Positions 59,221 through 64,000 of a stretch of DNA of 64,000 bases are shown in pieces. The notes beneath the pieces are model-generated. The model saw only the letters and a list, made by a program, of their open reading frames with translations. It made no database searches and was not told the origin of the DNA. The translations under genes were made by a program, and so were the position numbers. The stretch spans positions 1-64,000 of the forward strand of contig CBFIJH010000009.1 of assembly GCA_965662895.1 (NCBI GenBank), written 5' to 3'. This DNA comes from Candidatus Poseidoniaceae archaeon (GTDB lineage: Archaea > Thermoplasmatota > Poseidoniia > Poseidoniales > Poseidoniaceae). How positions within the stretch are numbered: the stretch's first letter is position 1; the number at the start of each line of letters is the position of its first letter.

Positions 59221-60125
59221 ATCGCTGGATCACTGGTAATCACAAGATTCCACGTGTATTCCTGCACATTTTCCCAAGGGTCACCTTGTTCGGTTATTTT
59301 CACGACAATCACATGCGTACCTTCCTCAAGGTCAGTTCCGAGGAAAATCGAGAACGGTTGATCCAGATTGCCGTGTGGGGTCAAATTTGGAGCGGAGCGA
59401 TTCGAGGTCGATGTACCGTTTGCAATCCGTTCCGCATTGTTGTTCCAATATGAGATGTTGTCATCACGCATCGTTTCATTGGCCTGGAATTCTCTCGTAA
59501 CCTCAACGATTGCTCCATCTGAATTGACGTTGTCCATGAGTGCAAACAGCAACCATGCTTCCCCGGTAAGCATGGATGATCCATCGGTATGCCACGTTAG
59601 CGTCGAACCCGTTGTTGCCATTGCATGCGGATAGGTGATGTCTTCTCCATCGTCAGCAACAACCGTCCACTGACTGGCGAGTTCAGGAGCGGCGATGTCT
59701 CCGAATGGTGGATTTACCAACAAAAACGAAAGCGCAAGGAAAGTAAACGTGTGCAAGAATGCCGCCTTGAACCATGTTCCACCTCCATAATGCTCCACAA
59801 ATCGCTCCGGCATAATGGTTCGATGGAGGGTTGGAAGAAGGAATATGCATGTTAACGGAAGGATGTACAAAATCTTTGAATTTTCAGGGTCCGTTGAATC
59901 CATTAAGACATAACGCATCAAAAGCGTGACGGTTAACGAGAAAGCTAAAACGAGCCACATTGATGCCGTATCTGCCTTTTCTTTTTGCACGTGTTTGACG
60001 GGGTCAAAGGCTTCAATTCCGAGATTGCGTCCCGTTCTTCGCACCTTTTTCTCACGGTCCCCTCCTTGGACTCGCTGACGGCGCTCACCTTGAGCCGCTG
60101 TCATCGCCGTAGAGAGGTCGACCAT
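59199..60125 (-). CDS. membrane protein (3 TM + extracellular domain), unknown function
   Basis: 308 aa, basic N-terminus, three TM, NPPFGD motif, then a beta-rich domain. Confidence 0.75.
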   Translation of the reverse strand: MVDLSTAMTAAQGERRQRVQGGDREKKVRRTGRNLGIEAFDPVKHVQKEKADTASMWLVLAFSLTVTLLMRYVLMDSTDPENSKILYILPLTCIFLLPTLHRTIMPERFVEHYGGGTWFKAAFLHTFTFLALSFLLVNPPFGDIAAPELASQWTVVADDGEDITYPHAMATTGSTLTWHTDGSSMLTGEAWLLFALMDNVNSDGAIVEVTREFQANETMRDDNISYWNNNAERIANGTSTSNRSAPNLTPHGNLDQPFSIFLGTDLEEGTHVIVVKITEQGDPWENVQEYTWNLVITSDPAIQDNKSE

Positions 60126-60222
60126 GACCCTTCGGATGAGTGGGAGTGAATGAAGGATGCGGTCGAATTCCTTCTGTTTGAACCCGCATTCTTCAAATGG
60201 GGGTTTTCGCAGGCGAGGGCAG

Positions 60223-60353
60223 GCCGGGGTGGCGTAGTTGGTAGCGCGTCGGACTCATAGGGCAGCCTTCAAGGCGATCGTATGACGTGCAAAGCCCCTT
60301 GTGGTGTCTGAGACATCCGAAGGTCGCGGGTTCGAGCCCCGCTCCCGGCACCA
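60223..60353 (+). tRNA. elongator tRNA-Met(CAU) with 55-nt intron at 37/38 (60260-60314)
   Basis: GCCGGGG...TCGGA-CTCATA[intron]A-TCCGA...GGTTCGAGCC...TCCCGGCACCA. Canonical bulge-helix-bulge: CUCA/UGAG helix with UAG and ACA bulges. Confidence 0.93.
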
Positions 60354-60393
60354 CCATCGCATTGTTGAAGGGCTGGAAGCCAGTCCACACACT

Positions 60394-61737
60394 ATGGCAC
60401 ATCCTCTCGAAGTCGGTTCCCGTGTCCGAATCAAACTCACAACCGCAGATGGGGACACAGAAATCGAAGGTGTCGTCTTACCCCCTGCTGTTCAAGACCA
60501 TATCACCGTTAAACTTGCAAATGGCTACAATGTAAGCCATCCACGCGCATCCATCGAGGTGATTTCCTCCACGCATCCGCAACCAACAGAGATTACGGAA
60601 AAAAACGAACCGCAAGCAAATCCAAACCTTCCCACCGTTCGTATCATCCACACTGGAGGAACCATAGCATCCAAAGTTGACTATACAACAGGTGCTGTCA
60701 CAGCGCAATTCGAGCCATCCGAATTGGTTGAACATGTGCCAGAACTCCAAAAAATTGCCAACCTTGATGTCCACAAAATAGGCAACATGTTTAGCGAAGA
60801 TATTCGCCCGAGCCACTGGAATCAAATCATCGATGCCACGGAACGAGCATTCACGGATGGATGCGCTGGCGTGGTCGTAACACATGGCACGGATACGCTC
60901 CACATCACTGCATCAGCGGTTGCTTTTGCTTGGTGCGGTAACGGTGGAAATCCTCCTGGAAGAATCGCCTTTGTCGGGTCACAACGGTCCAGTGATCGAG
61001 CTTCTTCGGATGCCGCTCAAAATCTCATTTCTGCAGTAAAGTGGGCCGTTGAGGGACCACAACCGACCGGTGAATTGAGTGATGCAGTTGTTGTTTCAAT
61101 GCACAAAACCAGCGATGATGGTGCATGCTCCATCCATGCCGCAACGGGCGTACGCAAATTGCACTCAAGTCGTAGAGATGCATTCAGACCAGTCAACACG
61201 ATGCCATTGGCAACGGTTCTCATCGACAACGAGAATGTTGCGTTGCAACTCGAACACCACTACAACGAGGCTCGAAACGCAACCAAACCTCGTGATGTCA
61301 CTTCCAAAGCCGCTCGGTACAACGAGGAAGTTACTATTCGCCAAATGATCGCAGGACCGTGGCTCACCACAAAAGAAATTGAAGATGCCGCTGCATCAGG
61401 TGTTGACGCACTCGTTATCCATGGGACTGGACTTGGTCATCTACCAATCGAAGATCCGAACGCCGATGCCCCACAAAACATCGAACTTCGTCATGCACTT
61501 GAAAAACTGAACATTCCAACACTCATCGTCAATCAATGCATTCATGGGCCGGTCAACATGAATGTCTACTCAAAAGGACGAATTCAGCAAGAGATTGGGC
61601 TCCTTGGCCATGGCTTGACGTCCTCTCCTGAAGCGGCTGTGGTCAAGCTTCATTTCGCCCTATCGAATGCGATGGATGTTGCTTCGACGATGACGAAAAA
61701 TTTGCTTGGAGAACAACAACAAACCATTGTCAATTAA
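60394..61737 (+). CDS. gatD: Glu-tRNA(Gln) amidotransferase subunit D
   Basis: N-terminal domain (EGVVLP...VKLANGYNV), TGGTIASKVDY.TGAV, HGTDT, GSQRSSDR.SSDA, GTGLGH. Start 60394. Confidence 0.93.
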   Translation: MAHPLEVGSRVRIKLTTADGDTEIEGVVLPPAVQDHITVKLANGYNVSHPRASIEVISSTHPQPTEITEKNEPQANPNLPTVRIIHTGGTIASKVDYTTGAVTAQFEPSELVEHVPELQKIANLDVHKIGNMFSEDIRPSHWNQIIDATERAFTDGCAGVVVTHGTDTLHITASAVAFAWCGNGGNPPGRIAFVGSQRSSDRASSDAAQNLISAVKWAVEGPQPTGELSDAVVVSMHKTSDDGACSIHAATGVRKLHSSRRDAFRPVNTMPLATVLIDNENVALQLEHHYNEARNATKPRDVTSKAARYNEEVTIRQMIAGPWLTTKEIEDAAASGVDALVIHGTGLGHLPIEDPNADAPQNIELRHALEKLNIPTLIVNQCIHGPVNMNVYSKGRIQQEIGLLGHGLTSSPEAAVVKLHFALSNAMDVASTMTKNLLGEQQQTIVN

Positions 61738-61745
61738 GCGATTCG

Positions 61746-63338
61746 ATGAAGAACCTTATCGGTTCTGATGGGTTTATGGCGAGTCCAATTGGTGACCCGG
61801 TATCCGAACTCAGGTCACGACGTGAGCGTGCCAGAGCAGGCGGTGGACGAAAGGCACTGGAAGCCATTCGAGCTACTGGACGCGGAACTGCTCGAGACCG
61901 AATTGAATTGCTCCTCGATGCGGATTCATTCGTTGAAGTGGACACGTTTGTCACGCACCGTACAAAGGATCACAACATGTTCTTGCATCAAACCATAGGC
62001 GATGGTGTCGTCACGGGCCATGGAACCATCGAAGGTCGCCGAGTCTACTGTTTCGCCCAAGATTTCAGCGTTCATGGTGGTTCGATGGGCGAAATGCATG
62101 CGAAAAAGATTGCAAAACTCGTTGAAATGGCTGAGCGTTCGAAAACACCATTGATCTGTGTATGGGATGGTGGAGGTCAACGTGCCCACGATGGCATTGA
62201 TGCCCTCGCAGGAACGGGTGAACTTCTCGACCGTTTGGTGCAGTGCAGTGGACGTGTTCCTGTCATCAGCCTCGTACTCGGACCTGTCGTCGGTGTTTCT
62301 GCCTTAGCTGCGAGTTTATCCGATTTTACAATTCTAGGAGAAGAACATGGACAACTGTTCCTGTCATCTCCATTGGAGACGCCTGAAGTTCAAGCAGGGG
62401 AAGTCGACGCTGCAGGACTCGGTGGTGCAAACCTTCACGCTTCCCGCTCAGGAATCGCTTGTCTGGTCGCCGATGATGAAGATGATGCATTTTTCCTCGT
62501 TCAGGAAATTCTTTCCTACCTTCCTGATCACAACGATGCTGAACCTCCACACCTTCCCACGGAAGATCCTATCGATCGTATGAACGATGAATTGGAATCA
62601 CTTGTTCCCGATAATCCGAACCGCCCTTACAACATGGTGAGTGTTGTCGAAGAGGTGGTTGATGATGGAGAATTCCTTGAGTTGTTTCCAAATTATGCTG
62701 AGAATATCATCATTGGCTTCGCCCGCCTCGACGGTCGAAGCATTGGTGTTGTTGGCAACCAACCGAATGTCCTTGCTGGATGTTTGGACATCGACGCTTC
62801 AATCAAAGCGGCTCGATTCATTCGACTATGCGATGCCTTCAACATCCCACTGGTCACCTTCGAGGACGTACCAGGATTCCTTCCTGGAGTCGTCCAAGAG
62901 TGGGGGGGGATCATTCGTCACGGTGCAAAGCTGCTCTTTGCCTATGCAGAGGCGACTGTTCCAAAGTTGACGCTTGTCACTCGCAAAGCCTACGGCGGTG
63001 CGTATCTGGCCATGTCATGCAAGCACTTGCAAAGCGATTACAACGTGGCTTGGCCAACGGCCGAACTCGCTGTCATGGGAGCTGAAGGTGCGGTAAACAT
63101 CATTCATCGACGAGAGATTAATGCTGTAGAGGACAATGAAAAAGAAGCCGTGCGACAGCGGCTCGTTGCAGAATACAAAGCCAAGTTTGGTGACCCATAT
63201 GTCGCTGCTCGAAACGGTTGGCTTGACGATGTTATCGAACCAACTGAAAGCAGGCTTCGACTCTGTCGGGCTCTTGCAATTCTACGTTCGAAGCGTGAAT
63301 GGAGTCCGCCAAAAAAGCACGGCAACATCCCGCTATGA
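61746..63338 (+). CDS. acyl-CoA carboxylase carboxyltransferase subunit (PccB-like)
   Basis: GDGVVTGHG, QDFSVHGGS, DVPGFLPG, RKAYGGAY, WPTAELAVMGAEGAV, KKHGNIPL. Confidence 0.93.
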   Translation: MKNLIGSDGFMASPIGDPVSELRSRRERARAGGGRKALEAIRATGRGTARDRIELLLDADSFVEVDTFVTHRTKDHNMFLHQTIGDGVVTGHGTIEGRRVYCFAQDFSVHGGSMGEMHAKKIAKLVEMAERSKTPLICVWDGGGQRAHDGIDALAGTGELLDRLVQCSGRVPVISLVLGPVVGVSALAASLSDFTILGEEHGQLFLSSPLETPEVQAGEVDAAGLGGANLHASRSGIACLVADDEDDAFFLVQEILSYLPDHNDAEPPHLPTEDPIDRMNDELESLVPDNPNRPYNMVSVVEEVVDDGEFLELFPNYAENIIIGFARLDGRSIGVVGNQPNVLAGCLDIDASIKAARFIRLCDAFNIPLVTFEDVPGFLPGVVQEWGGIIRHGAKLLFAYAEATVPKLTLVTRKAYGGAYLAMSCKHLQSDYNVAWPTAELAVMGAEGAVNIIHRREINAVEDNEKEAVRQRLVAEYKAKFGDPYVAARNGWLDDVIEPTESRLRLCRALAILRSKREWSPPKKHGNIPL

Positions 63339-64000
63339 TTGGTTGATTTTTGCCTCAGCTCTGGCCAATAACCCACCCGAAGAGACTGCTTGTTGAGGCT
63401 CTTGAGGAGGTTTCCGGAATTGGAATAGAAGCCAACCAACAAGCGCAAGAAGTGGAATGATGATGACTGCAGCAACGAGTGTTCCACTCGACTTTTCCTC
63501 TTCATCGCCAACCTCATCGGTTGGCGGGGATGAGTCGTTTTCGACAATCCGGGAATTTAAACGAACGACAAGGTCCGAAAAGGAAGCATCTCGAGCGATG
63601 ATGTCGATGTTGAGAAGTGCTCCAACTTCGTACGTTAGCTCACCGGATTCAGTGCATGCACCGAACGCATCGCAGCTTCGCTGGCCGTTCCAGTCCGCAC
63701 CGTTTATTCGGAGTTGAACATCCATGTCATCCCCATCAGCATCGGACCATTCCCATGCAACGCGGAGCGTCGTTGCATCGACAAATGTCGAAGAGGCATT
63801 CGCTAGAACTGGACGATCCGGTTGAGGCGCAATGCTTAGATTGAGAGCCTTTGAAAATACGGTCGCACCATCTGTAACATTCAACCACCAGCCCGAATCA
63901 GTGCCCCACTCGTCCATGCGGGCTGAGATGAGAAGTTCTTGGCCAGATAATGCAACAACTGCTTTCGAATTGTTTGTTCCTTCAATTGTCCATATCAATG
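63333..64000 (-). CDS. C-terminal part of a membrane-anchored surface protein (runs off window end)
   Basis: Ig-like strands (DADGD), then TM LVAAVIIIPLLALVGWLLF and a short tail. Confidence 0.7.
   Translation of the reverse strand, partial: LIWTIEGTNNSKAVVALSGQELLISARMDEWGTDSGWWLNVTDGATVFSKALNLSIAPQPDRPVLANASSTFVDATTLRVAWEWSDADGDDMDVQLRINGADWNGQRSCDAFGACTESGELTYEVGALLNIDIIARDASFSDLVVRLNSRIVENDSSPPTDEVGDEEEKSSGTLVAAVIIIPLLALVGWLLFQFRKPPQEPQQAVSSGGLLARAEAKINQS

Noticed and set aside
60260-60314. Box C/D guide RNA in the tRNA intron (as in euryarchaeal tRNA-Trp)
   Set aside because: CTGA is present but is part of the BHB helix, and there is no convincing RUGAUGA box C or C'/D' pair.
60193-60535. 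ORFs over the tRNA-Met and the N-terminal extension of gatD from 60301
   Set aside because: They overlap the tRNA; gatD homology begins at ATG 60394.
60394-61737. Second asparaginase as part of the catabolic system
   Set aside because: The N-terminal domain and SQRSSDR motif identify GatD, a translation enzyme.
1-64000. CRISPR arrays, IS elements, proviral or defence genes
   Set aside because: No regularly spaced repeats or transposase, integrase, capsid or recognisable defence domains were found by eye.

Overview
64-kb segment of an archaeal chromosome, gene-dense, with no rRNA, CRISPR array or transposase/integrase seen. Archaeal markers include TFB, L40e, membrane-bound LonB, RFC small subunit, GatD, TrmI, a prepilin/prearchaellin peptidase and an intron-containing tRNA-Met. 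These markers, several bacterial-like catabolic genes and giant acidic surface proteins point to a marine Thermoplasmatota such as Ca. Poseidoniales (Marine Group II); this placement is an inference. The main result is a catabolic cluster at about 30.4-41.4 kb. It encodes a luciferase-like monooxygenase, a class-3 (Rhizobium-type) asparaginase homologue with an altered metal site, 2-aminomuconate-semialdehyde dehydrogenase, 2-aminophenol 1,6-dioxygenase (alpha subunit fused to a RidA-type deaminase), an APC amino-acid permease, an SDR and an HGG-type hydrolase. I propose, as an untested hypothesis, a kynureninase/KMO-free tryptophan route: kynurenine undergoes Baeyer-Villiger oxidation to a beta-aspartyl-2-aminophenol, which is hydrolysed to aspartate + 2-aminophenol before meta-cleavage. 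The second highlight is a likely operon of a 3,000-aa seven-DNRLRE surface protein, an Ig-like partner and a GH1-nucleotidyltransferase fusion. It faces a DNase I-like gene and a galactokinase-like gene, suggesting glycoside-to-NDP-sugar salvage.
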